From positions 51,398,001 through 51,462,000 of the forward strand of contig NC_086381.1 of assembly GCF_036588685.1 (NCBI RefSeq): a stretch of 64,000 bases of DNA. Direction: 5' to 3'. The position numbers and the translations under genes were made by a program. The DNA is from Mytilus trossulus (lineage: Eukaryota). The notes under the pieces were generated by a model, which worked only from the letters and a program-made list of their open reading frames with translations, made no database searches and was not told where the DNA came from. This document shows, in pieces, positions 1 through 15,000 of this stretch (its first letter is position 1; every line of letters begins with the position of its first letter).

Positions 1-36
1 TGGAACAGCTGATCTTGTCGCCTTATGCATGAAAGA
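1..36 (+). CDS. TRPM-like A exon (partial): GTADLVALCMK
   Basis: Resembles the G-x-A-D-I-L-A end of the TRPM SLOG/MHR1-2 region; donor gtgagt at 37. Confidence 0.65.
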
Positions 37-3000
37 GTGAGTATTTGAAAACATTGTTTTGATTGTTGAAGTTGTTCAAAACTTTGCCCCCCACTAAATT
101 ATAACTAAGCTGATTAAATGATAAAAAATAAAGATAAAATGTTCTGTCTGCACCAGGACTTGTGTTCGAATAAATCAAGTGAAAGATACTAAGCCTCAAG
201 TGTAATGGTTGATAATCATTAGGCGAAATGTTTCAAGCATTTAAGTTAAATATAGATGCATTATGAGCACCCCGATGAAAGCCACACGTTGAGCAGGATC
301 TGCTTTCACTTCCGGAACACCACATATCATCCCAAGTATAGTTGTGAGGTTCGTGTTGCTTAGTTTATAGTTTTCTATGTGGCGTTTGCACTATTTTGGT
401 TTGCTTTTTCTTTTTTGGCCATGGCTTTGTCAGTACTCTTTTATCTATGAGTCTGAATGTCCCTCTGGTATCTTTCGCCCCTCTTTTTACACGGCACATT
501 ATGATTTATGTTAAAGAAATCAGTGATATCGATTCCCTAGCTATGCATTTTTTTAAATGTGGGTTCATCGTTATTATCGATTATTATTATAATGTTTTGA
601 AATCACACATGTCAGAATTTAACTAGACAAATCACCAAAATCCACGTTTATCACAAGATTGGTCATCTTAAATCACTCGGTATAAAATTGTATTTACCAT
701 ATAATTCATAATCGTTTTCAATTTTATTTTCAGCATGAATAAGTTGAAACGAAAATTACCTGTTATGTTTTCAAGACGCTTCAGTGATGATATGTTTGAA
801 AAGATGAAAAAAGTTCTTGATCGAATTTTGCAGAAAGAATGGATGGTATTTTTAGTTACATACCCTACATACGTTACACTATTGACAGACATAATTTGAA
901 AAGTATAATTTATGTTATTGATATACCACTATCATGTTTTTTCTGTTTGAATGGTTTTACACTAGTCATGTTTGGGGCTTTTCATAGCCTGCTGTTCGGT
1001 ATGAGCGAAGACTGAACTTTGACATATAATGGCTGACTTATACAAATTATGACTTGGATAGAGATTTTTCTCATTGGCACTCATTTTACATCTTCTTATA
1101 TCTACATAATGATATTTTGTCATGGATTGATGTCTTTCTTTCTATTAAACAGCAGAACATTTGTATATATTATACTGTGATATGTCGAGATATTTATTCA
1201 TTTTTCCTTTTATCTAATTTTCAGCTTACAAAACTTTGACTTTTTCGAAAAACTAAGGATTTTCTTATCCCATGCATAGATTACCTTAGTCGTATTTGGC
1301 ACACATTTTGTACAATTTTGGATGCTCAATGCTCTTCAACTTTGAACTTGTTTGGCTTTATAAATATTTTGATAATGAGCGTCACTGATGAGTCTTATGT
1401 AAACATGACGCGCATCTGGCGTTCTAAATTATAAGCCTGGTACCTTTAATTGATAACTAAATCCAAACTTCAGCACCCAAATAAATTTGATTTGTTTTTG
1501 AGTAATGGATATTTGCAATTGCTTCATTTAAATTTCTAAATAAATATTGGTAAATTTATACAAATTATTTCACATTCGTCTCATATTCATATCTTTGTAA
1601 ACTTTATTTTTACAGATAACAGTATTCAATATTAAGAAAAACAAAGACGATGAATTGTGGGGAAAAATTACAGATGGAATATTAAGGGCATGGTCATTTG
1701 AAAAGAAAAAAGGTATTCAAATCTTGGAAAAATAGAATGTTTCTTAAACCTCGACTGTAACATTTATATAATGTATAATATGGTTTATTCAAAATGGTTA
1801 AAAAGCAAAATCAATAGGTAGTGCACTTTATGATAATTTTTATCTAATGCAGAATGCATCATTTGAACCAAGCAACCAACCCGAGAACTTCAATGATTTA
1901 TGACCGTTAGTGGAATCATAACTAACCAATCAATGTTCTGCTGATTGAATAATATTTGTAGCAAACATAATGCAACAACAATACACTTAGAAAGCTAATC
2001 GAAAATAATTGTTAAGTTGCACTAAATCTGAACAAATTATCAACTGTAGATCCTGTTATATATAAGGAACAGTTGAGTTATGATGATAAATATATAATAA
2101 ACCTATTTTTAAAAACATGTCTAGAATCTGATGTAATTGTTTACAGAACAGGTCAATCAGATTAAAAATGTAATAAAATAAATTTGAAGAAAACAAAAAT
2201 CGTGTTTAATACTTGAACATGTTGAAAGGAGTATATTATTCGTGATGTTTTATTCGTCTTTGAAACAGAGGCGAAAGATGCATAGATGAAAGTCAACTGA
2301 CAACGCCGTAAAAAGAAACATGTTTAACACACATAAAAAAGACGTTCACACACCTCTATCTGTACCATTTATATTGTAATAGGTATATGTATCAATGTTG
2401 TTTACGAAATTGTTGTAATATTCTTTTTTTTTCCAGATGACGTTTCTGTGACATATGATCCAATACTGCCTACTCAAATAGATTTTATTTCTAAGTATGT
2501 TTCCAATATCGATGGTTTATCGAGGAAAGAATTATTTGCTGGTTATAACCTAAAAACAAGCAGTAAAACGCAAGATTTTCATCAGGTGATTAAACCCAAA
2601 CAGATAGGGTACACACTTCAGCAGCCAGCAAATCAATGGTTTTGATTTGGTATTAAAATATTTTCGTGTAATATTTTAGTTTTTTTTTGTTTTTTTTTAA
2701 TTTGTTTATTTATTCTTTGGAAATTTAGATTTCAGACGATTTTGATAATTACTTACATGCCTTTGCGATTCAGATCCAATGCATGGGTTAATTTATCGCT
2801 ATTTTTAAAACATGGTCTCAAGTTTCCACCCGATAAATCCAGAAGCATGTGTAACATGTGTATTAGTCGACAGAATCGACAACTGCTTATTATTAACACG
2901 ATGAAGATGTAATTCATTGTTGAGTCTTAGCTATACAGATACAATCGATTTTTCTAAAAGTTTCTCAGAACTGATGAAAGTTTATAAAAAAATGTTCATA

Positions 3001-6000
3001 AAATTGAGAATGGAAATGGGGAATGTATCAAAGAGACAACAACCCGACCATAGAAATAAACAACAGCAATTTAAGCAATTTAAGCAATTAAAGCGAATTT
3101 AGTTTATAACTCATTTATTTGACAAAGAACAAAACAAATTTCGTTATCCTTGCTAGAAAAATATCATCATGTTGTTTTAGTCTTATAGTCTTTATATATT
3201 TTTGATAATCACTTGAAATAACAATAGTTCAATTCATTCACATATTTATTATCTTTTAAGCATACATTTGTGAATGCGTTTCTCGGAAAACGAACAGATA
3301 TCATTCAACAGGTACTAAGCGTTGATGCGAAATTCACATTGGCCGAAGATCAGTTCCAAACATTATGTCGTGAGGTAATATAACATTATATATTTTGTGT
3401 ATTAGATTTGTATATTTCAGGAAAACGTATTCAAAAAGTTTTATTTTAAAAATGCATATAATGAAAAACATTGAAATTCTATTTTTTCTTATAATAGTAC
3501 ATGTACGATGAAAGATTTGAATGACCATAGTTTATAAGAAATAACCATGATTCATGAAAAACAAATATAAGCGTCAATCTATTGATTATAAGTATTAATA
3601 AGTAGAATAAAGATCATGTTTAATGATTAAGGTGTCTTTGTTTGGTTGTTTATTGGTTTCTTAATACATCTCGTTTGTATTTCGTCGATAAGAGGAGAAA
3701 TAATTCTTTAAAAAAGAAAATTGTAAATATTCGAAGTAAATTTGAAGTGCTTCATTGTAAACAGAGTTTGAATTGGATTATTTGATAATAGATATATAAT
3801 TGATAATTATAATGGATGCTACTACCAATCGAATGAATTACAATAAATAAAAAAAATGTTTAAAAAAGGAAAATATGCGACGGACATTTGGTTATTCGTG
3901 CAACTGTGAGTGAAAACGAAAACAGAATAACAGAAAGGACATTTAGATATCATTCTTCAATATCAGTCAGTTGTACAATATGTCTGAAGAAATGAACCGT
4001 AACTTTCTAAGTTAACAAATAGAGACTAGTCTGATAAAAAACACAACACTTAAACATGTTTCTGACTTGGCAAATGCAGATTACGATGTTGCCGATTTAA
4101 GTATTTTGTTTTCAAAGTTAATACGCTATCACGTTATTCTCCTTTTAAATTAGAAAAAAAAGCATCAAAGAATGAGAAATATAATTTGAACAGAAAATTA
4201 TAGCAAGTATACACATTTGTAACCAAACGCCAGTCAACTTTAGAAAATGACCCAAAACAATTTACCGAAGTGCTAAAATTAATTGAAATACATGTCAATG
4301 TTTCTTCCATGCTGATTTGATCACAAATTACAAAAAGTAGGTATCTATTTTTTTTTGTATTTTTTCCAAATATTTCCATACTTTTTTTTAAGTTATACCT
4401 TAATCCGGAATTTGGAAATTATGAGAACAATGCCAAACATACGGTCGTGCAATTTCGGGAAACTATTTGAGAGCATTTTTAGGAATATTTATATAACAGT
4501 TGTTTTCCATTCATTTAATGTGTTTAAGCTTTTGATATTGCCATTTGATTAGGGACTTTCCATTTGGAACTTTTTCCAAGGCTAAGAAAGTCGGGTGCAT
4601 TGACATGGTAGTTATATCACTTAGAATAACACGAGCATAAACTTTAGAGTTTGAAAGATCCTTTATGAAACAATACGATAATTTTATTGCAGGTAGTGAA
4701 GTCAATAAGCAGCAAAACAGACAATGGCATGAACGGTTTTACATTAGTTGAGGTATTATCTCTAAATATTATACCAGAACTTTAATTGACCTGGGCTACT
4801 TATACATTAATATATCAGGAAAAGATTGAAGACAAATATTTGTTATCGATAAGAAAAGAAATACATTTGGAGGCCGGTTTCGTTTAACGACATTTGAACA
4901 ATAATTGCCCTATCAAGCCAGGGCGATATCTAACCACTTACATATATTGTAATTTACACACATAGTTGTCATTAGAATGTAATTTTATGCGACTGTCATA
5001 CAAGTGAGAGATAAGGTAGCTATAGAACATGTTTTATTCACCATTTCATACCCCAAAACATGCATGTACAAGTCAAAATCTGACAGTTGTTATCCATTTG
5101 TTTGTTGTGTTAGAGCTTTTGATTTTGCCATTCGATTACGGACTTTCTCTCAGTCGGTATTTTTTTTTTCTTCTGATGAATAGTACTTCCCAGTACTGAT
5201 GATAGTCGTTGTTCATTCGTTTTTTATTTGTTTTGTCATTTGATTTTGCCATTTGATTAGGGACTTTTCGATTTAATTTTCAACTAAGTTCATTATTTTT
5301 GTAATTTTACTTTTTAAATGTGTTTATTATCATCATACATTTGGTTATTGTAAACGATTTATTGATTTGTATAAATCTTGTATTTTTTTGGATCAGTTGC
5401 TTGAGTTAATTTGCCGTTAACTTCATATATCATACACGTGGATTTCAGAATACAAAACCGTTCGTCCTATGCAAACTAGTGTGTTTTAAACTTTATTCTC
5501 CTATTTTTAGTTGATCTTTAATATTAAGGAGTGCATGATAAAATGACTAAAAGGTTAAGAAAAAGAAGTGTGTTTGGTGGAAAAGCATCAGCTACTGCCT
5601 TTTGATTAAAATAACCACTCCCTTGTGTTCAAAAAGATATTCAAATGAACAAAAAGATACATATTATTTTTTACTTAATATATACCTTTAATGTTTGATA
5701 ATCTGGAATTTTCAAGCACTTAACGCAACGGACGAAAAAAAGCCACTTCACTTTAAATTTGTACTTACATTATAGTTTTTACATTTAGATTGTATCAGAT
5801 ATCTTCAGTTGACTCTTTTGAGGATTGTATTTGTATGTTTGTTTCAGAATGTGTACCCAGAAGCTTTCACATATTTGAAAGAAGGCAAGGGACCAGGCTT
5901 TAAAAACGCTAGGGATGCTGTTATTAAAATATCCAATAAACTTCTCCAAGGTTAGTGACAAACAGTATATTTGCAAAGTCTCCTCAGTTTGCATAACCAA

Positions 6001-9000
6001 TTGTAATATCGATTGTTAGCAGTGTTTCTTTTAGAAAACCCAAACGTTTATAAATTTTTATGGGATTGTGCATTGTTTCGTGGGTACAGGTGAACCACAC
6101 ATTTAAATGTTCAACGAATTACAAATTTTCTACAATCTTTGTATGCATAGATTACGAAATTAAATAACCACAAACATGCTAATCTTTCTCAATCCATGAA
6201 CATTGATTTCAACGAAAATAAGTGAATGCACAGTATTCAATTTTGGCATTTTAACTGTTTAATGATGATTACTTCTCATTTGATTTTTACACTTCGTTTA
6301 TCATTTGAAAGTGGTGAATAAGAATATCTTTTATTTAACGCCAACATTATTTGTACGCGCGAAATATTTTTCTGCTTTGTAGGAATCTGCTTTTCAAAAT
6401 TTGGAATGGTAACGTGCTGTAAAACTGATGCCACCAACACTATGGAAATTAAACCAAATGCAGAAATACCTGTTATTGAGTCACTGAGGGTTGCTGTAAT
6501 AAGCAATCATGTTGATCTAGCAGCAGAACTCTGGAGTCAATGTGAAAACCCACTGCGTAAGAACATGCTTTGATTTTTATTAGGGCAACCGGTTTGGGGT
6601 ATATGACATGACAAAACATGCATTGGAATGCAATGCAGTCAATTTGTTCAATAGACATTTCCATAGTGTATTTCTGTCTTGAGTGAATATCTCGATTATA
6701 CGGTTTTGTTTTAACCTTGTCGATTTTAAAAAAGACGAAAATTTGACATCTAGTTTTATATTTGTTGGGATTTTGTCGGATGCACAAATGTTCATGTATG
6801 AGTGTTAATGATAACAAATAAAGTATTGTATTTGTACAGTGACAGCTCTCGTTGCACATACATACCTTATAGCATTGGCAGACAAAGCCGAAAGTTTATA
6901 CGAGGAAGAACTTAATAAAAATCTATTATCCCATTCAAGGTACGTACAATGTACTGTTATAGTTAAAGTATATCATTTATTTTCTGATAAATATGGACAG
7001 TTAATTTCTATGAACATGATAGAGCCCTAATTTTTTAATTGTGCTCAACATCAAAAACTGCACCAGTTAGGGTTTTCTGGTAGGATAAACATAATATTGA
7101 TACTGGGTTTTCTTTTACTATACTACTAGTATTAGTTTATTATTCCTACATTCTGTTTCATTTAAACCTGTTTTCCAAAATCGATTTTGTTATTCTTTGC
7201 TTATAATTTTATAAACTACAAGTTTTTTTGGCAATATGTACAACGTCTTGAAATTGTAACTATACGAAAATAGGTTCAGATGTTCAGATTGGATACTGTA
7301 CGATGATCTAAGCTTCCGCTTAGTAGAATAAAATGTAGAAATTAGAACATACTAACAATAAAGAATATGATATCAAATACATAAAACAAATACTAAAACT
7401 ACTGTATCAGTATTCAAGACCATACAATAGTTATTGCTTTGTGCTGACGGAATCTATGGTACCAACAATTCCTTAAAGTACAATGCTGTTATGCAAAAAG
7501 TTAAAGAAACATTACAATTCCTTTGCTTTTTAGTTATACTATTTGTGAATACATGTATGAAGCTATTAATAAAACCACAGCTCATTATTCAAATTACCAT
7601 TTTGAAGGTAGAAGGACTATTTAGTATCAGATATACAAAGATAATTATAAACTTTGGATGGAAATAACTATACCTTTTGTATTGCGTGGTGTTATAAGCA
7701 TATAATGCATATACTTGACGTGTTAATTATTCTTATATTCTTATAAGAAATCATGATGACCGAGTGGTCAAACGCGTCCAACAACAGTAACATTAGCTAG
7801 TCAACTTTGAGTTTGTGGGTTCTAATTCTGAACCTATTGGGTGCGCCTGACTTCAATCATAAATGACTATTATTTTCAATGATCCACCAATAAAAACTGA
7901 GCGCATATAAATAGCACAATAGTTTTGAAAGTTGTGTGTAACACCACTTAATAATTTGTATTAAGTAATTTGACATTGAGTTACAAATGTATCTCTGGTT
8001 AAGAAGAAAAAAGTCAATTAAAAAAAAATAACAACGCAAACACAATCATTATTCACTGTTGAACGACACAATTCCTTGAAGTAGATTTGAATATACAGTG
8101 AATGTAGACAAATATTATGGTTGTGTCTCAAACTAATGAACATTGAACTACTTGTAAGTAATACTTAGCTGTACAAAAAGCATAAGTACAGAACAAGTAT
8201 AAAATATTCAAAGCTTCATTTATAGTTTTATTTTTTTTACTGCTGTGGCTGCCAGGAAGTTCTTGTCACGTGCCATTAAGCTTTTGGACAAACTATTTCA
8301 AAAAGACGAGGACATGGCAACCAAAGCTCTTGACTACACCTCTGAAGTATGGGGTCTTGAAGAAAAACCGTTACATTTTGGACACCAATTCAACTTGGAA
8401 GAATTTATTTCGCATCCCTCTGCACAGAAGGATGCTAGCAAACGGCTATTTCCCTACGAGTCTACTCAACAAAGTAGCAACATCGACACAAAAAAGAATA
8501 AAAATATCAGTCGAGAATGTACAACATTTGTTAAGGTTTTGTATGAAAAATTTTGTTAAACATTTTAATCATACTTATTATTGATAAAAAGTAACACTAG
8601 ATAATGCTATCAATATAAAATTTCCTTTCAATTTAGTAGAAACGTACATAGATATAGGAAGATGGGATATGAGGGCCAACGAGACAACTCTGCATTTAAG
8701 TCACAATTTATAAAAGTTAATCATTATAGGTCAAAGTACGGTCTTCAACACAGAGCCTAAGCTCACACGGAACAGCAAGCTATAAACGGTTCATAAAATT
8801 ACTAGTGACAAATTCAAACGGGAAAACTAACGGTCTGATCTATATATAAAAACAAACGAGAACCGTAAATCACTTATAAACCACATAAACATGATAAACA
8901 GACGACAACAACTGAACATCAGTAGTCGGTTTCACAAAAAAACGTATGACTAAGATTGGTCTAAAGTCATGAACTTATCAGTATACGATAAATCTTAGTC

Positions 9001-12000
9001 TTAAGGTTTTTTTGTGAAATCGACTTTAGATTCCTAACATAGGACAGGTGCAGACAATTGCAGCGGGATTAAACGTTTTAATGTTGCCAAACCATCTCCC
9101 TTTTCTGAAACGATAGTTTAAAATCATAACATAGAAAGACACACTATAAAATATCAATTGGAATGTGTATTTTGTATGTTTATAATAATGTATGAGTAGA
9201 GAGAAGAGATTTATAAAAACCTTTATAATATTCGCAATTTAACTATTAATTTTCATTCGTAACTTCATTTTGATAAAATTATATCTCTTTCGTAGAATAA
9301 TATGTTCATCAAAGAAACCATAGTCGCCATCAGTTGAAATTCGTAACCGGTATCGGTAAAAATAATCAAAGGTCAGAATTATCACAGTGCAATGACTTAA
9401 AAGGTAGGTCGGAAGCAGTTTTTCTTTTGGCAATTTATAAATGGAATGTTAAAAACTATATGACGAGTGAACGTGGTTGATAGATTTTATTCACCGATAA
9501 CCGTTACGAATTTCAGCTGACGGCGACTATACATGTATATGCTAATCAAAATATTCACAATCTTGAGATCAATTAGATCTATGTGTGTGCTATTAATAGA
9601 GCTATAATCTGGCTGTGTTCTACTATTTTGTCCAATTGCTGTCTTTTGGACACTTTCCCTGATTTCCATTCTCAATTTTTGCATCCTCAATTTTGACGAC
9701 GTGTTTTTACACTTGTTACTTGGCGGATGATTTTATATAACGTTTCTTGTTTTGTTTTCATTTCAATGTTATATTTAACTGTGCCATTAAAGTGCGAGGT
9801 TTGGCATGCCTTAAAACAAGGTTCAACCCACCACTTTTATTCCCCTTTAAAAGTGTCCTGTACCAAGTCAGGAAGATGGCCATTGCTATAATATTGTTCG
9901 TTTCTGTATGTGTGTTGCATGTTAACGTTGAGTCGTTTCTGCTTTCTCTTATTTTTGAGATAAGACGTGGCACGGTACTTGTCTATCCCATATTCATGTA
10001 TTCGGTTTTGATGTTATATTTGTTATTCTCGTGGTGTATTGTCTGTTGCTTGGTCCGTTTATGTGTGCTGTTGCGTTTCGGTGTTGTGTCGTTGTTCTCC
10101 TCTTATATTTAATGCGTTTCCCTCAGTTTTGGTTTGTTGCCCCGATTTTGTTTTTTGTCCATGGATTTATGAGTTTTGAACAGCGGTATACTACTGTTGC
10201 CTTTATTCTGCAGTTTGATTATTTTTTTTGAATCTTTATTGACTACAATATAATTTGATCCACATAACATTTCATTGATAATAAATACTAAACATATATT
10301 ATAGCACCATATGAACTGGAAGTCGACATGGAAATTTGTCACAGCACCGATCATCAAGCTAGTGGTTAATGTTGTAAGTCCATATGCAAAAATAATTGTT
10401 ATGTTTTCACAATAAAACTCCATTCTTGTGAGTCTTCATCTTCTTTATGAGAGTTATGCGCATTAAAAAAAAATAACACACGTATAAAACATTCCAATGA
10501 CATGTCTAACTATACCAATATACGCGAAATTGTATTGGAGTGGTTCAGGAAATATTTGATCTTGACTTAATTTTAGTGCAATTATCAACATTTGAAAAAA
10601 ATAATTGATAATTGTACGAATGTAACTTTAATTATTTCAGAATATTCCAGAATGTGATAAGTCTACCGAATTGACGCATAAAAAGTTCCATGTCACTTGA
10701 AAGAACGCGATTTGGAATTATAGCAGTTTATTTCGTTTTATTTCTATTTATATATGCAAAGGAAACTACTGCTGGTCCTTTGATTTTAATAAGATAATTA
10801 ATTAACGTTACTATCCAAATAGTTGTATTCTTAACCTCAATAATTTCAAACCTTTTTACGAAATGTTCAAAGTGAAAGTATTCGTACATAACGCTTAAAA
10901 TATCAAACTTAAATCTAGTAAATTGTAAACTTTTGTCGTTAACGAATTGATAGATGAACTCTTCAAATTTTTTAGGTGTTTTTTATACTAGCTTTAGTTT
11001 TGTTCAGCTATTTTCTCACCCGTGATCTTAACACAAAGATTTCCGTGTTAGAAGTCATGTTATTCTTTTACATGATTGGAGATCTATTAGAGGAGTTATG
11101 GAGCATGGTAAATATATTTCACTGTTACCTATATAACATAAAAGTATCAAACCTGTTTTTAGTTTTTGAAAGACGGCATTCGCGTCATTGTAATAATAAA
11201 CAGCCAATGTACATTATGGATTGGTTACATTTTCGTGAACTTTGCATGATATGAGTACCAAATAAACAAAGTTTGCTTCAAGTGTTCATATACCACTTTA
11301 TTTACCTATAAATAAAGGCAACAGTAGTATACCGCTGTTCAAAACTCATAAATCCATGGACAAAAAACAAAATCGGGGTAACAAACCAAAACCGAGCGAA
11401 ACGCATTAAATATAAGAGGAGAACAACGACACAACACCGACACTCAACACACACAGAAACAGACCAATCATCAGACAAAACACCACGAGAATAACAAATG
11501 TAACATGAAAACCATGTACATGAATTTGGGATAGACAAGTACCGTGCCACGTCTTATCTCAATATCTCAAAAATAAGAGAAAACACAAACGACTCAACGT
11601 TAAAATGCAACACAAAGAGAAACGAACAATATTATATATCACTCCATGCATTGTCTAAATTGTTAGAGGATAAAATATTACCAGCCAAAAACAAACGAAG
11701 AGTACCAAACACAACAAGTGTGCCAATAATTTATAACAAACGTTATTTACCCCGATTCGACCTAGAAATTAAAAAAGATAATTTGTAGTAACTGAAAATT
11801 AACTGTAAATATTGATGAGGAATAAGTTGCGAGTATGATATGTAGAACAGGAAAATTGTAGCCACAGATAAATGACCTTGTTTAATAAATATACTTATTG
11901 ATAATAACTCTTTCTAGGTTCGACCTCAGGATGGTAACTGGTCTCCGCAGAGAATATTGCTTTACTTGTTTAATCTATGGAACATGTTGGACTTGTTCTG

Positions 12001-15000
12001 TATAATTTTATACATTGTGGGATTTGCTTTACACTACTTTGATCCAGCGATGCTTACTCATACTAGGCGATTATACAGTTTAGCTTTGTTTATTATGTTT
12101 CTGCGCCTTTTGAACGTCTTACTGTTGATTAAGCGAATTGGAATCATTATCATAATGATAAAAGAAATGGTAAGTTTAGATATTATAAAAAAAACTCTTA
12201 GTCTGATTTAAACAACAATCATGTAATGTTTGTAGATTATAATTATCGTTTGATTGTGAGTTAATAAACACATGTCTTATTGCTCATACAATTAAATAAG
12301 GTTCAATATAATTATTTAGAGATAGCAGTACCGGAGAGTATCATTGGTTCACTCAATTGATACTGGCATGTTTCAAAACAAACCAATGTAAAATTGCTCC
12401 TTTTCTCAAGTCAAATTTTAAGTTAGTAAAAACCCAGGTTTCAACTATGTCATGCACAGTTTGCGTTAAATGAGTGTCATCTCGATTTCCAGAAATAATA
12501 AACATGATAAAGTACTGGTTCCCGAAAAAATAAGTCAACAATTCGTGAGGTCCGATAGGTGAAAATACCGAAAGGTGTAATTTCTCAATTTATACGAAAA
12601 CAAAGGCCCAATCTTGAATTTGTGGGGGAAAGCCAGAATCTGACGTATTGAAGAAGGTCCCCCTCTCTTATATTCTTTACGTTTATTCAAGGCCTTTTAT
12701 GTAATTGCTTGACAACTGTTTCGGTCTTCGGCTACAGATATTTGTCCTTGAGCATTACTTTTGGATGTTAAGCAGCTTCGGACGCATGTATTTATGCACT
12801 TTCGATTGCTTGTAATCCTTTAATTTAGCACATCAATTTTATTTTTGTTATGGTGGTAGTAGGTGTTTGCTATCAGTCATAATTCAGCTACAATAAAAAA
12901 TGGGAATGTAAAATGTGTAAATGAAATGAAATTTTTTTTTTACAGCTGGTTGATCTGGTCGAATATTTGGTGATTTTAATATTATTCATGTTAGCTGCTG
13001 GTATAGTTTACCAGGCAAATATCTACCCTAATCATACAGTTACAGCTTTTCCAAGAAATATATGGGACTGGCAAATTTGGTCAATCCTAAAAATACCATA
13101 CTGGCAGGTTTACGGCGAGTTGTATCTAGATATAATTGAAGGTTTGTTTGAAATTCACTGTATGAATTTGAAAAATAATTAGAGCAGATAAAAATATTCA
13201 AATTTTTATTTTTAATCAGTTTGTCTTTTATTTAGACATACATATATGTTGTATCAGACAATGACATAATGAATATTCCGAACTTGTAAAAACTGTTTAA
13301 AAAGACCATGCCCCAGACAGGAAGAATATTAATAGTTTGTTCTCCAAATTGCGGAACTGTGCAACAAATAGTTGTGTACCAAAAAAAAAAAACAATGATT
13401 ATGTGCACGCCACGGAACCGTATTGTCAATTGGCGTAAACTTAATAAACAATAAAAAAAATCAAATAGTCTACGAAGGCTCTTTTAATTTATCAGATTTT
13501 TAATTGGGTAATTTTCAGATTTTGTTAAATAGAAAGGTAAATAGCTTATGGAATTGTTTTGCTTATATATATATTATGTTAAGATAGATACATATGGCCA
13601 TGGATTAAATTAAATAAATCGCGTTTTAGGTTCAGATGATACTGGATGCACAAATAATGCCACATTATGGAACAACGACCCTTCAATTAAGAGGTGTCCT
13701 ACGTCTGATTTGATACCTCCAGTGATTGCCGCTACATATATGATGTTAACAAACTGGCTACTTCTAAATATTGTTATTGCAATGTTCAGGTACAATATAT
13801 ATATATTAACGTCAATAAACTACGTTTAAGTCTGGTAAAATTCTATGCACTGATACGTTTGTTGAAATATGATTTATCTTGTTGTCTTCATGATAATCGC
13901 CGTAGATTGTGTCTGATCTCTAAATTGGCCTTTCTTATATTGTATCGATGATCATGTGGTTTATGTTGGTCTACAATTGTAATCATTAGCCAGTCAGCAC
14001 TGAGGTTGTGAGTCCGAACACCGCTTGTGCGGGTGCACTTGGCACACATTTTTATTGACTATAGGATTGTCAGTTTATGAATCGAAGGACGATAATTTTC
14101 TCCGGGCATTCTGGTGTCCTCCACAAAAAACCCTGGCTGGCATGCAATAGGCTAAAAGCAGCGCTATAAGTAGCGTTAAAACACCCAAAAGATCAATCAA
14201 TCAATACATTGATAGCAAAATTCGCAAAATAAATCGAAAACGGCGTATTCATGCAGTCGTGCACTATAGGTGTCATTTCAATTATGTTTCTTCTTATTCT
14301 ACATCTTATATTATTATCGACACTTCAATTCAATGTGAAATGTATTGAAACATCATGTAATCGCGACGTAATGGCCTATAATTGTTCACTTTTACCTGTT
14401 GTCGTTTCCTTGATGAGTTGTCTTATTGGCATTCATATCAGTTCTTTTTCTATCTATCGGAAAAAAATTAAATGTCCGGCAACTTTGATTGAACAGCCGT
14501 CTTGATTGTTTATTTGTAATAATGATCACAAGAGTCAAATTATGTGTACATCATAGAAAGTTTGTGCTAACTTCTTGATTATGTTTCTGGAAGGATTAAA
14601 GTTTTGTTTTATCAATTTAAACGGAAACAAATGTTGCTTACAAGTTTTTAAAAAGCACTTTTGTTTTTGTAATATTTGTTTTGAAAGCAAGATGAATGTT
14701 ATTAATGAACTATTTAGTTTAATAAAATAAACAGATTTAAGACAAATTTAATTTATAGTAGTTTCATTTTATATTTTAGCGCACGGTTTGACTTAATAAA
14801 AGAAAAGTCCAGTCAGAAATGGCGTTTCCATCGACACTCAGTTGTGATTGAATACGAACATAAGATACCTTCACCACTGAACATTCCGTTTAGAGCTCTT
14901 ACTATCTTATGCTTAGTACCTTGTTTTGTTTGCTCAAGTTGTAAAGACAACGATATTATAGGTATTTGTTTCCTATATCCATGCAAACATTTATTTAAAT

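Noticed and set aside
2736-2910. Extra channel A exon (open frame TILIITYMPL...)
   Set aside because: No TRPM motif; exons 2437-2585 and 3261-3374 already join in phase
9747-10423. Hydrophobic ORFs of 66-121 aa
   Set aside because: Translations of the T-rich strand of repeat family D; the same peptides recur at 11302-11550 and 45216-45428
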